Positions 1-9,541 of a stretch of 64,000 bases of DNA are shown one piece after another; the first letter of the stretch is position 1; each line of letters opens with the position of its first letter. The notes below the pieces were generated by a model. It searched no databases and was not told the origin of the DNA. It saw nothing but the letters and a program-made list of their open reading frames with translations. The DNA lies in the NCBI GenBank assembly GCA_964343115.1, contig CAYFGU010000002.1, positions 37,767 through 101,766 of the forward strand, in the 5' to 3' direction. The translations under genes and the position numbers were made by a program. Source of the stretch: an uncultured Desulfurococcales archaeon. GTDB lineage: Archaea > Thermoproteota > Thermoprotei_A > Sulfolobales > Acidilobaceae.

Positions 1-1113
1 GAACCTAGTTAGCTGCTTAAGGCCGTCCTTGGTCACCACAAACGTGTCGCTATGTCTGAAACCTCCTAGACCTGGAACGTATAGCCCTGGCTCTATGGTG
101 AAGACAACTCCTGGCTCAAGCCTCGCCCTGTACCCTACGTCAAGGTAAGGTGGCTCGTGTACCTCGATCCCGATTCCGTGGCCTGTGTGATGTCTTAGCA
201 TATCAAGGACCCCAAGCCTTTTAGCCTCCTCTCTAACGGCGGCGTCTATCTTTGATACGTCAGCTCCAGGGGCTGCAGCCTTGATGGCAGACTCTCTTAG
301 CCTGAGCATATAATTGAATAGCCTAGAGACCTGCTCACTGGGCTTGTTAACTACGAGGGTCCTCTCAAGTTCGGCGTAATAGCCGCCTATCTCAGGGCCT
401 GCCCCGATCCCGATAACGTCTCCATCCCTGATGGGTCTCTCAGCCACTAGCGCATGGGGGTATGCTGAGAACTCGCCGACCTGGCCCCTGAAGCCTACCA
501 CGGGGCCAACCGCCTCCTTGAGTGGGGTGTAGGGCGAGTATACGGCGTTCATTTCCTTAAGGACGACAGCGCTGGCCTCGATCATTACCTCCCAGTCCCA
601 CTTCCCCGGCCTCACGCTTTGCAGGGCGACCTCAACGGCCCTTGATGCCCACCTGCCGCTCTCCTCTATTAGACTTAACTCTTCATCACTCTTGACGAAC
701 CTTAGGCTGTAAATGGTGTCCTCGAGGTCAACGAACCTCGCCCCCCTTGACTTAAGGACGTCTGAGAGGGACGGTCCGCGATACCCGTATATGGGCTGCG
801 CCCCCGTCGGTGAGTCGCCCGCGACACACCTGGCCCTGTGCTCAGACAGGAGCAAGTCACTGGCGAGCTCAACCACGCTCCTCTCGCCTGGGTAGTCAAA
901 GTAATATGTCACGTTTCTGATAACCCCGCCCCACCTGGAGTTCCTGTACTCTATGTGCCCCCTTTCGACGAGGGGCGCTATCAGCTCAACATCGCCATCC
1001 AGCGGTACTATTAGGATGAGGGGTCTCTCGGTCTGTATGAGCCCAACGTTGGTGAAGTAAAATATTGAGCTTGGGCTTGTCAAATAGGCTACGTCGCAGC
1101 CCAAATCCGACAT
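1..1113 (-). CDS. Xaa-Pro dipeptidase / M24B metallopeptidase (3' end cut by window edge)
   Basis: Not in the ORF track because it runs off the window edge. My minus-strand translation from the ATG (complement of 1111-1113) reads MSDLGCDVAYLTS...HHTGHGIGIEVHEPPYLDVGYRARLEPGVVFTIEPGLYVPGLGGFRHSDTFVVTKDGLKQLTRF. HGIGxxVHEPP and EPG motifs are typical of the M24 pita-bread fold. Confidence 0.8.
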   Translation of the reverse strand, partial: MSDLGCDVAYLTSPSSIFYFTNVGLIQTERPLILIVPLDGDVELIAPLVERGHIEYRNSRWGGVIRNVTYYFDYPGERSVVELASDLLLSEHRARCVAGDSPTGAQPIYGYRGPSLSDVLKSRGARFVDLEDTIYSLRFVKSDEELSLIEESGRWASRAVEVALQSVRPGKWDWEVMIEASAVVLKEMNAVYSPYTPLKEAVGPVVGFRGQVGEFSAYPHALVAERPIRDGDVIGIGAGPEIGGYYAELERTLVVNKPSEQVSRLFNYMLRLRESAIKAAAPGADVSKIDAAVREEAKRLGVLDMLRHHTGHGIGIEVHEPPYLDVGYRARLEPGVVFTIEPGLYVPGLGGFRHSDTFVVTKDGLKQLTRF

Positions 1114-1177
1114 TTTCCTCCTGAGCTGGCCTAACCTTCTGACGAGCTCTGACAGGCTCACGTGTGGGGTCAATTTA

Positions 1178-1834
1178 TCACCCCCTGGTCTTTCTAAACT
1201 TAAGGAGGTAATGTGACCTTCCTACGTCGTCTATTCTTCCCTCTATTGCGAGTGACTGCGAGGACCCCTTTACTAGGTCGATTACCTCATCGGGGCTGAC
1301 CCTGATCCAGGGGGGTGGGCCAAACGACGTAATAGATTTCTTGAACTCCACGACCACGAAGAGGCCTCCAGACTTCAGGATCCTCTCGACCTCTCTCACT
1401 ATAAAGGGCCCGACCCCCGCGTGCATGAAGCCATGCAGCGCGTTAGCCATGAGGGCTACGTCGACAGAGGAGGGCTGGAGGGGGATTCCCTGGCTAAGGT
1501 CAGCCCTAATGGTCTCGACGTTGTTGAGGCCGTAGGAGCTAGCCTCGTTCGCCAGCTCCTTCAGAGACCCCTCGTCTATATCAATGGCATAAACCCTCCC
1601 ACTCCGTCCAACTGCCCTGGCCAACGGGATCGAGAACCTTCCAGGTCCAGACCCTAGGTCAGCTACGATCATCCCTTCCGAAAGGTTTAGGGCCTTTACG
1701 ACCTCGTCTACCAGGGCGTCAGGCTCGTGGCCCCTGTGATGTAGGTGGCCTCCGTGCCTGAACAAGCAATAGCACCTGTTTAGCCCTCTAGGCCCGTTGT
1801 TTAAAAGCTGCCTCAAGTTTAGGGTTCTAGGCAA
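1178..1834 (-). CDS. Class I SAM-dependent methyltransferase
   Basis: VADLGSGPGRFSIPLA (motif I GxGxG), then AIDID and a hydrophobic-rich Rossmann pattern. Start uncertain because the N-terminal 50 aa are unusual. Confidence 0.7.
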   Translation of the reverse strand: MPRTLNLRQLLNNGPRGLNRCYCLFRHGGHLHHRGHEPDALVDEVVKALNLSEGMIVADLGSGPGRFSIPLARAVGRSGRVYAIDIDEGSLKELANEASSYGLNNVETIRADLSQGIPLQPSSVDVALMANALHGFMHAGVGPFIVREVERILKSGGLFVVVEFKKSITSFGPPPWIRVSPDEVIDLVKGSSQSLAIEGRIDDVGRSHYLLKFRKTRG

Positions 1835-1844
1835 GGGTTACTCA

Positions 1845-2300
1845 ATGAACCAGGGACGTGAAGTCGAGGCAGGCTTTCCAAGGATCGGCCTCTGGCTGGT
1901 CATATCCTTCTTCGCAGCCCTTTCCGCAGCCATAGGTTACCTCGCAAGCTATGGTGGGTCCCTGGTCTCAGGGCTAGCTGTTGACCTAGGCCTACTCATG
2001 TACGTTATGGCTCTCCTGACCTACGCGAAGGCCAGATACGTGCCACTAGGCCTGATGCTCGGAGCGGACTCGGGGCACCTAGTCTATGAGGCAGAGGTGC
2101 TCCATGCAAGGGTGGCCCTTTACCCCTTAGTTGAGGTCCTTACGAGCATCACAGGGCACGTGAGCTATGACGTAGACCTAGTCCAGCTGATAGTACTAGT
2201 CGAAGTGCTATACGCGCTGTACGTAGTGGCAAGTCGGAGGTTTAGCAAGCAAAGCGGGGCCGTCAAGACTTCACAGGGCCAGGTACCTCCTCAGGCTTGA
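1845..2300 (+). CDS. Hypothetical membrane protein
   Basis: ORF 1797..2300. An internal ATG at 1845 avoids overlap with the divergent gene. Several hydrophobic helices (GLWLVISFFAALSAAIGYL, LLMYVMALLTY). No family recognised. Confidence 0.35.
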   Translation: MNQGREVEAGFPRIGLWLVISFFAALSAAIGYLASYGGSLVSGLAVDLGLLMYVMALLTYAKARYVPLGLMLGADSGHLVYEAEVLHARVALYPLVEVLTSITGHVSYDVDLVQLIVLVEVLYALYVVASRRFSKQSGAVKTSQGQVPPQA

Positions 2301-2729
2301 GTCTAGAACGCCTGAGTACACACCCTCAGCCAGCTCAGGCTCAAAGTGCCTGCAGAGACCCACGAGACCGGCCAACCTAATTATCTCGTTGATGATGAAG
2401 CCCCTCAGCTCAGCCAACATAAAGGTAAGGGAGGACTCCCGAGATCTGAGCGCTAGCAGGGCCCTGAGGGCCTCCTGGCAACTCAGCTGGCCACTTGTGT
2501 TAATGGGCACCTCAAGGTCGGGTTTTTCTGGCGGGCGAGGCGCGCCAAGGTTTTCGAAGTACCCCCCCACGTGCAGCCTAAGACACGATATTAGCTCTGA
2601 CTCGGCCGCTAGCACTGAGGACAAGTCTGACATAATGGACTCGTACTGGGACTTCAGGTCAGCAACCCTCTGCGAAAGCTCTTCAAGTTCCTGACTGTAT
2701 CCACAGCCCTCATACTCCAACAAGCCCAC
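2271..2729 (-). CDS. Hypothetical protein (helical / coiled-coil-like)
   Basis: 152-aa ORF with GTG start and no recognisable motif. Kept over the antisense ORF 2389..2694, which is S/R-rich. Confidence 0.3.
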   Translation of the reverse strand: MGLLEYEGCGYSQELEELSQRVADLKSQYESIMSDLSSVLAAESELISCLRLHVGGYFENLGAPRPPEKPDLEVPINTSGQLSCQEALRALLALRSRESSLTFMLAELRGFIINEIIRLAGLVGLCRHFEPELAEGVYSGVLDSSLRRYLAL

Positions 2730-2793
2730 CTTCGCTGTGCCAATATGACGTTACCTCCAGCAACACTTAAAATTCGACGTTGGAAAGACAGAC

Positions 2794-4236
2794 GTGATGG
2801 CTGACAAGGCTGAAGCCGCCAGCGACTCTTCGGGCAGGGCCTCAAGGGCGAGCCGACAGGCTGGCCTAGCCAGGACCCTGACGCTGAGGGACCTAATATT
2901 CCTGTCATTCGGTGGGCAGGCAGCTCTGCTGAGCCTCCTGTCTTACGCGACCGGCGTGATTATTTACGTTGGCTTCGCGGCCCCGGTCGTAATTGTCTTG
3001 GGCATGCTGGTGGTACTCTTCAACGCCCTGTCGGTGTATGGGCTCTCAAAGAGATATGGAGAGGCAGGGGGCTATTACATATATGCGTTGTACAGTATGA
3101 CCAGGAGGTTAGGACTCGAGACCGGCTGGACCTACGTGCTTTACTCAGTTCTTTACGGGGCCGCCTACGTAATGGGGGCCACGTATATCCTCAGGTATGC
3201 ACTTGGATTGAACCCCCTCCTAGGCTCCGTCCTGATACTGTTCCTCTCATCGCTGTTCCTGGCCCTCGGGATAAGGCCCTCTGCACGATACGCTGAGGTG
3301 GCCGCCTCAATCGAGCTGGCCGCCCTGATCTTCATAATAGTGGCTGACCTTGCCATAGTAGGGTTCCGGCTATATAACCCCCTCAAGGTGCACTGGCCTA
3401 GCTCAGGCTCACTCGCCGCAGCAATACTGTTCGCCGTCGGCATACCTACCGGGTATGGATCTATAACGCCGCTCGCGGGCGAGGCCCTTAAGAAAGAGGA
3501 CGTGGGCAGGGCCGCTATCCTAGTCGTTGTCTTGGGCGGCCTCCTCGCGGCCGGCGTCGTGTACTCCATGATAGACGCAGGCCTTTATACGAACAAGATA
3601 AATTTCATTCTTTCTGCAAGGGTCCCGGTCCTAGACTTCATGAGGCTATATTATAAGGACGTGGCCTTCGTCCCCCTGTTATTTGCTGCCTTCAACGATG
3701 GCGTGCTCGCCCCTCTCTCTTTCATGGCCGCCACGTCAAGGACTATCTACGCCATGGCCAAGAACGACATGTTGCCCAGGCAGTTAGGGTACGTCAGGGG
3801 GGCGCACCCAATGAACGCCGTGCTGGCCACAATAGTCCTCTACGCGTTAGTTGTGCTGCCCGCGCTCATAATACTCATGAGGCCGTTCACGCTCTTCCTC
3901 ATATATGGGGCGCTCGCCGGCATGGCAAACCTGTTCGTGCACATATCGGCCAACGTCTCCTACATGGTTGAGGAGACGAGGGCCCTGAGGAGGGCGTTAA
4001 TTTATGGGTCCCTCAAGACTTTCAGCTGGATACTGAGGAGGCTACTTGGGGCCCTAACAGGACTTGTGGCAGCGCTGTACAGCGGCTGGGCCCTGATCAG
4101 CAGCCTGGCCTCGCAGCAACTAAGGTCGGAGTCGGACGTGCTCTTAGCATGGATAATTGTTGGCTTCCTCTACGCCGAGGTCGTCGACGAGATAATGGGC
4201 CGCTCAAGGGTGCAGGAGCGAGCACAGAGCTCTTAA
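2794..4236 (+). CDS. APC-superfamily amino acid/polyamine permease
   Basis: 480 aa, about 12 hydrophobic segments, GGYYIY motif near TM2-3 as in APC transporters. Confidence 0.65.
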   Translation: MMADKAEAASDSSGRASRASRQAGLARTLTLRDLIFLSFGGQAALLSLLSYATGVIIYVGFAAPVVIVLGMLVVLFNALSVYGLSKRYGEAGGYYIYALYSMTRRLGLETGWTYVLYSVLYGAAYVMGATYILRYALGLNPLLGSVLILFLSSLFLALGIRPSARYAEVAASIELAALIFIIVADLAIVGFRLYNPLKVHWPSSGSLAAAILFAVGIPTGYGSITPLAGEALKKEDVGRAAILVVVLGGLLAAGVVYSMIDAGLYTNKINFILSARVPVLDFMRLYYKDVAFVPLLFAAFNDGVLAPLSFMAATSRTIYAMAKNDMLPRQLGYVRGAHPMNAVLATIVLYALVVLPALIILMRPFTLFLIYGALAGMANLFVHISANVSYMVEETRALRRALIYGSLKTFSWILRRLLGALTGLVAALYSGWALISSLASQQLRSESDVLLAWIIVGFLYAEVVDEIMGRSRVQERAQSS

Positions 4237-4242
4237 TACTCG

Positions 4243-5406
4243 ATGCTAGTACTGCTGGGTAGGGTTTCGATGAACAGCACCGTCGAGAGGAAGCAAGAGC
4301 ACATAGAAATAGTGGAGAGGCTCGCCACGGACTCAGCTGAGGGGACCCTTCTTGACGAGGTTAGGCTTGTCCACAGAGCCTCTCCCTCAGTTGACCTAGA
4401 CTATGTAGATCTCTCGAAGGATTTCTGCGGAAAGACGCTGCGGGCGCCGCTGATGATAACGGGCATGACAGGGGGTCACCAAACTTCTGAGGCTATAAAT
4501 GCGGCCCTGGCTGAGGTCGCGGAAAGGTTCGGGATAGCTATCGGGGTTGGCAGTCAGAGGGCTGGAATCGAGGACCCCTCCGTCGTCAGGACTTACTCTA
4601 TAGTCAGGGAGAAGGCTCCCACCGCATTCGTTGTCGCTAACTTAGGGGCCCCTCAGCTCAGCAAGGGCTATGGCGTAAGGGAGGCTGCAAGGGCCATTGA
4701 GATGATAAAGGCTGACGCTATAGCGGTGCACTTCAATCCGGGACAGGAGGCGTACCAGGACGAGGGCGACCCGTACTTCTCGGGCGTGCTGGCGAAGGTT
4801 GAGGAGTTGGCGGAACAGCTGTCCGTCCCCGTGATCGTAAAGGAGGTCGGAACCGGGCTCAGCAGGGAGGACGTGGCCTATCTGAGCTCCATTGGTGTCA
4901 AGTGTTTCGACGTCGCGGGCTTGGGAGGTACCAACTGGATTAAGGTAGAGTCCCTCAGGTCTGCAGCAAGGCACGGAGGGACCCCTGTCAGGGACCCAGG
5001 TCCCCTAGCAGACCACTGGGGCAACCCCACCGCAATAGCGGTCGTTGAGACCCGCGACGTGGCCCCGTGGGCTTACATAGTTGGGAGCGGAGGCATAAGG
5101 TCTGGCCTTGACGCGGCTAAGGTGATAGCGCTCGGGGCCGACGTGGCAGGCTTTGCCGCCCCTGCTCTCAGGGCCCTATCGAAGGGCAGCGGCACCCTGG
5201 CCTCCTTGGTGGAGACAACGATATACCAGCTGAGGACTGCCGTGTTCATGGTCGGAGGGAGCAGGGTCGATGACCTGTGGAGGGCGCCTTTATCTGTGTG
5301 GGGTAGGCTAAGGGAAGAGCTTGAGGCGAGGGGGATCGACATAGATAGGTATGCATTAAAAACTAGGCTGGAGACGCTACTGTGGCGGAGAAGGCTTGCC
5401 GTTTGA
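4243..5406 (+). CDS. fni: Isopentenyl-diphosphate delta-isomerase, type 2 (FMN-dependent)
   Basis: ERKQEHIEI, MITGMTGG and GSGGIRSGLDAAKVIALGAD match the IDI-2 TIM-barrel signature. The likely real start is the internal Met of MNSTVERKQEH. Confidence 0.85.
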   Translation: MLVLLGRVSMNSTVERKQEHIEIVERLATDSAEGTLLDEVRLVHRASPSVDLDYVDLSKDFCGKTLRAPLMITGMTGGHQTSEAINAALAEVAERFGIAIGVGSQRAGIEDPSVVRTYSIVREKAPTAFVVANLGAPQLSKGYGVREAARAIEMIKADAIAVHFNPGQEAYQDEGDPYFSGVLAKVEELAEQLSVPVIVKEVGTGLSREDVAYLSSIGVKCFDVAGLGGTNWIKVESLRSAARHGGTPVRDPGPLADHWGNPTAIAVVETRDVAPWAYIVGSGGIRSGLDAAKVIALGADVAGFAAPALRALSKGSGTLASLVETTIYQLRTAVFMVGGSRVDDLWRAPLSVWGRLREELEARGIDIDRYALKTRLETLLWRRRLAV

Positions 5407-6412
5407 GGCGTTGGACCAGCTCTCGAGGAAGTATATCCCATTAATAGACTCCAAGCTGCTTGAGGTCCTTAAGGGGTCCCCTGAGGAGGTCTATAGGGCT
5501 AGCGCCCACCTTATAAAGGGCGGAGGCAAGAGGCTGAGGCCCCTTATAGTGCTCTTGGCCGCGAGGGCATTAGGAGGGGTCGAAGCTGAGAGCAGGGCGC
5601 TGCCCCTTGCCCTAGCTGTTGAGATCTTCCACAACTTCACATTAGTTCATGATGACATAATGGACAACGATGACTTCAGGCGTGGAATACCAACGGTTCA
5701 CAAGGTCTTCGGGGTACCTATGGCTATAACTGCGGGCGATCTCATGTTTGCGGTCTCGTTCCTAACGACCTTCGACTCCCAGGCTGCTGGCCTACCCGGA
5801 GACTTAGTCGCCAGGTCAGTGAGAGTCCTTGCCGACGCGGCCAAGAAGGTCGCAGAGGGGCAGGCTTATGACCTCATGTTCGAGAAGACCTGGGACGTGG
5901 GACCCAGCGACTACCTCAACATGATATACCTGAAGACGTCGGCCCTCATAGAGGCATCTGCCAAGATGGGTGCTATCGCTGCCCAGGCCAGGGACGAGGT
6001 TATAGAGACCATGGGCGAGTACGGCAGGCTTGTCGGGCTGGCATTCCAGATAAGGGATGACATACTGGGGCTGTTTGGGGACCCCTCTAAGACGGGTAAG
6101 CCCATATACAGCGACCTCAGGAGGGGTAAGAAGACACTTCTGGTTATATATGCTGCCTCGAGGAGCCAGGAGGCCCGCGCGCTCCTTGCGGAGATATTCG
6201 CGGGGAACTTCGACGAGGACAAATTGAGGAGGGCTGCCGAGTTAATAAAAGAGACAGGCGCCCTTGACTACGCGGAAGGCCTTGCTAATAGCTACTCTCA
6301 GCTCGCCGTAGAGAGGCTGGTCACGTTAAGGGAGGCAGGCTACGTCAAGGACGAGGCCGCTTATGAAGCGTTAAAGGAGCTCGCCATCTTCAGCTCTGAG
6401 CGAGAGAAGTGA
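5396..6412 (+). CDS. Geranylgeranyl diphosphate synthase (trans-prenyltransferase)
   Basis: First DDxxD motif in FHNFTLVHDDIMDNDDFRRG and second in FQIRDDILG. TTG start overlaps the fni 3' end by 11 nt (isoprenoid gene pair). Confidence 0.85.
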   Translation: MPFEALDQLSRKYIPLIDSKLLEVLKGSPEEVYRASAHLIKGGGKRLRPLIVLLAARALGGVEAESRALPLALAVEIFHNFTLVHDDIMDNDDFRRGIPTVHKVFGVPMAITAGDLMFAVSFLTTFDSQAAGLPGDLVARSVRVLADAAKKVAEGQAYDLMFEKTWDVGPSDYLNMIYLKTSALIEASAKMGAIAAQARDEVIETMGEYGRLVGLAFQIRDDILGLFGDPSKTGKPIYSDLRRGKKTLLVIYAASRSQEARALLAEIFAGNFDEDKLRRAAELIKETGALDYAEGLANSYSQLAVERLVTLREAGYVKDEAAYEALKELAIFSSEREK

Positions 6413-6425
6413 AGCTGGTGAGACC

Positions 6426-8147
6426 TTGAGCGAGGAACTAAGGCAGACCATCAGGCGTTATGCGCTTAGGAATGCAGTCCAACACGGGGGTCGCGCTCAG
6501 GTAAATAGCGTGATATCGGCCCTGCTTGGGGAGAGACCTGATCTGAGGCCGAAGGCCAGAGAGCTGGTCGAGCTGGCGCGGCCGATAGTAGAGGAGGTGA
6601 ACGCGCTTGGCATCGATAGGCAGAGGCTCGAGCTAGAGAGCCTAGGCGAGATCATGAACGTCCAGCAGGGGAAGGAGCAGAGGGGACGCCTTCCACCGCT
6701 CCCGAACGCCGTTGAGGGTCAGGTAGTTACAAGGTTTGCCCCTAACCCTGATTTTGCAATTCACATAGGCAACGCAAGGCCAGCGATACTCAGCTACGAG
6801 TACGCCCGCATGTATAAGGGTAAGATGGTGCTCAGGTTCGAGGACACCGATCCTAGGACAAAGACGCCGCTAAGGGAGGCTTACGACATGATAAAGGAGG
6901 ACCTGATTTGGCTTGGCATAAGGTGGGACGAGGAGTACGTTCAGAGCCTAAGGATGAGCGTGTTTTACGAGGTTGCCAGGGAGGCTCTGGGAAAGGGCTG
7001 CGCATATGTCGACCTAGGGGGTGATGAGAGCAAGAGGGCCATAGCAGAGTCGAGAGAACCCCAGTACCGCTCTATGCCCCCCGAGTGGCAGCTCGAGCAG
7101 TTTGACAAGATGCTTTCAGGTCACTATTCCGAGGGGGAGGCTGTGGTGAGGGTCAAGACTGATCTCAACAACCCAAACCCAAGTGTAAGGGACTGGGTTG
7201 CCCTTAGGCTGATAGACACCTCTAAACACCCGCACCCCCTGACAGGCAGCAAGTACATAGTGTGGCCCACCTATAACTTCGCCGTGAGCGTCGACGATCA
7301 TCTCATGGGCATAACCCACGTGCTGAGGGGAAAGGAGCACCAGGTGAACACGGAGAAGCAGAGCTACGTCTATAGATGTTTCAACTGGAAGGAGCCCACC
7401 TTCATACACTTCGGAAGGCTCAAGCTGGAGGGCTTCATAATGAGCAAGAGCTACATTAAGAAGATAATGCAGGACAGGCCAGGCGAGTTCATGGGCCTCG
7501 ACGACCCCAGGTTTGGCACTATTGCGGGCCTCAGGAGGAGGGGGATACTCCCTGAGTCCATATGGGAGACTATACTGGAGGTTGGCGTCAAGCCCACGGA
7601 TGCCAAGCTGAGCTGGGCCAACTTGGCTGCAGCGAACAGGAAGAGGCTCGATCCCATGGCTGACAGGCTTATGTTCATTGAAACGTCTGAAGGGAAGGGC
7701 CTGCCCCTCAAGCTTGAACAGCCCGAGTGCCTCACCGCGAGGCTGCCCCTTCACCCTGACAGGCCAGACAGGGCAAGGGAGCTTAGGGCATGTCCTGGGG
7801 ACAGGGTCTATGTTACTGCTGCGGACGCAAACAGAGGTGCCGTAAGGCTGATGGGTCTAGGTAATTACCTCGTGGACCTAGGCGCGGGGGTGCTCAGGCT
7901 CACAGGCATCAGTCTTGAAGAGGCCAGGAAGCGCTCGCTCCAGATAGTCCAATGGGTTCCCGAGTCCTACTCTGTAAAGGCGGTCGTCCTTGAACCCAAG
8001 GGACTTGAGCTCGTGAGGCACGAGGGCATAGCCGAGGGAACCCTGGCGGGGTACCCTAAGGGCTCGAGGTTACAGTTCGTGCGATTCGGCTTCGTAATAA
8101 TTGACAGCGACTCAGATCCAAGAACCCTCATCCTTACTCACGAGTAG
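6426..8147 (+). CDS. gltX: Glutamyl-tRNA synthetase (archaeal type)
   Basis: FAPNPDFAIHIGNARPA (HIGH motif), FIMSKS (KMSKS motif), 573 aa. Confidence 0.9.
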   Translation: MSEELRQTIRRYALRNAVQHGGRAQVNSVISALLGERPDLRPKARELVELARPIVEEVNALGIDRQRLELESLGEIMNVQQGKEQRGRLPPLPNAVEGQVVTRFAPNPDFAIHIGNARPAILSYEYARMYKGKMVLRFEDTDPRTKTPLREAYDMIKEDLIWLGIRWDEEYVQSLRMSVFYEVAREALGKGCAYVDLGGDESKRAIAESREPQYRSMPPEWQLEQFDKMLSGHYSEGEAVVRVKTDLNNPNPSVRDWVALRLIDTSKHPHPLTGSKYIVWPTYNFAVSVDDHLMGITHVLRGKEHQVNTEKQSYVYRCFNWKEPTFIHFGRLKLEGFIMSKSYIKKIMQDRPGEFMGLDDPRFGTIAGLRRRGILPESIWETILEVGVKPTDAKLSWANLAAANRKRLDPMADRLMFIETSEGKGLPLKLEQPECLTARLPLHPDRPDRARELRACPGDRVYVTAADANRGAVRLMGLGNYLVDLGAGVLRLTGISLEEARKRSLQIVQWVPESYSVKAVVLEPKGLELVRHEGIAEGTLAGYPKGSRLQFVRFGFVIIDSDSDPRTLILTHE

Positions 8148-9475
8148 GCTGTCTCGACAGCGCTCACTAGCGGGTCCTTGCCCTCGACGAGCCTAATGAT
8201 GGCGTTAATCGGAATGTAGTGGTAGCCGGTCCGGGCCACAAGCTCGTATATGACCTCATAGCTGGCCCTTTCGGCTATCCAGAACGTCAGCGCTGCTGGC
8301 GTTATCTCATCGGCGAGGCTCCCTCTCATGCGTCCGTCAGCCTCAATGTAGCCTCTTAGGAATTGCTTGAAGACCGTCTTCTCCCAGCTAAGGGTCTCCT
8401 GAGAAGGCCAGCTAGAGATGTCGGCTATCGAAGAACCCGTCCTGGCCTGCTCGCCCATTATGGCAGCGTAGTCTATGCTTCTGCCGAAGGCTGCGAGATC
8501 CCTTGAGAGGGGCTCCTTTTCGGCTTTAGAGGCCGGCATTCTGTATGGCTCGCCTTCAAAGTCCGTGATTATGATATTATCCCGATCTATGATGATTATC
8601 TGATATAGGTGAAGATCACCGTGTATTCTGGCCTTTGTCTTGCCGAGGAGCGAACCTAGGCTGGGGCCAAGGTCGGCAGCTAGTTCATAGAGGCCGTCAG
8701 CGGCCTCGTAAAGGAGTGACCTTTCGGAGTGGGGCACTAGCGCTGCACCCTCAGACCTGAGCCAAGAAGCCCTCCAGGTCAGCCTTCCAATCCATCTCTC
8801 AACGTCGTGCTCACTGATGGGCTCTGGCCTGCACCACTCATGGTCGCATCCCATGAAGGCCTTGTGTAGCTCCGCGACACGGAAGGCTATCCTCCTCGAG
8901 AGCTCAGACACGGAGCTGGGGTCCAGTGCCTTGGCAGACTGAACGTAAAGGGACGCAGCAGGCTCACCCTCAACGAAGCTTGTGACAAGGACGTATAGAT
9001 GGCCTTCATAGCTGACGTGACAAACGTAGCGGGGTACGAAACCAATCCCCCTATCGGAGAGAAATTCAAGGACCAGGTGCTCCAAGTTGTCAGGCTCTAA
9101 CCTTCTCATAACCTTGACTAGGAGCTTATCGCCTGTTATCTGGTCAAAGGCCTCGTAGCTTACCGACCTAAGACCGGAGCTAATTGGTTTCAACGCGCCG
9201 AGCTTCAGAGGCCTTGAACAAGACGGCACAAAACCCTCCACTTCACCCCTCAGTACAGAGTTCAGCCAGCCGGCGTCCTGCTCCAGCTCCCTGACGGGCT
9301 GGGCCACCGAGACGGGAACCGCGGCTCTCTCGCCGCAGCCTGAGACTTCAAGAAGGACGCCATCGTGAACCCCCCTACACCTTACCTCTAGCCCCTGCGG
9401 ACATCTGATGGACCATTCCATCCCCTTGTACCAGTCGATCAGCGACGTAGGGCAGCTGCTCAATCGTGGAGGCAC
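8138..9475 (-). CDS. Maltokinase-like (Mak/Pep2-type) phosphotransferase
   Basis: RIHGDLHLYQIIIIDRDNIIITDFEGEP matches the Mak catalytic loop HGDxHLGQ...DFEGEP. LLVKVMRRLEPDNLEHLVLEFL resembles the Mak ilKlfRrl block. Confidence 0.6.
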   Translation of the reverse strand: MPPRLSSCPTSLIDWYKGMEWSIRCPQGLEVRCRGVHDGVLLEVSGCGERAAVPVSVAQPVRELEQDAGWLNSVLRGEVEGFVPSCSRPLKLGALKPISSGLRSVSYEAFDQITGDKLLVKVMRRLEPDNLEHLVLEFLSDRGIGFVPRYVCHVSYEGHLYVLVTSFVEGEPAASLYVQSAKALDPSSVSELSRRIAFRVAELHKAFMGCDHEWCRPEPISEHDVERWIGRLTWRASWLRSEGAALVPHSERSLLYEAADGLYELAADLGPSLGSLLGKTKARIHGDLHLYQIIIIDRDNIIITDFEGEPYRMPASKAEKEPLSRDLAAFGRSIDYAAIMGEQARTGSSIADISSWPSQETLSWEKTVFKQFLRGYIEADGRMRGSLADEITPAALTFWIAERASYEVIYELVARTGYHYIPINAIIRLVEGKDPLVSAVETAYS

Positions 9476-9541
9476 CTGTGTAATAAATTCTTAAGAGGTA
9501 TATTTACACACATAAGTCGAGGGCCCGACTCCATTAACGTG

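Noticed and set aside
2385-2400. GATGATGA resembling a C/D-box sRNA C box
   Set aside because: It lies inside overlapping ORFs, and I found no matching D box (CUGA) with terminal stem at an appropriate distance.
7116-7754. 212-aa minus-strand ORF inside gltX
   Set aside because: It is antisense to a gene with clear HIGH and KMSKS motifs.
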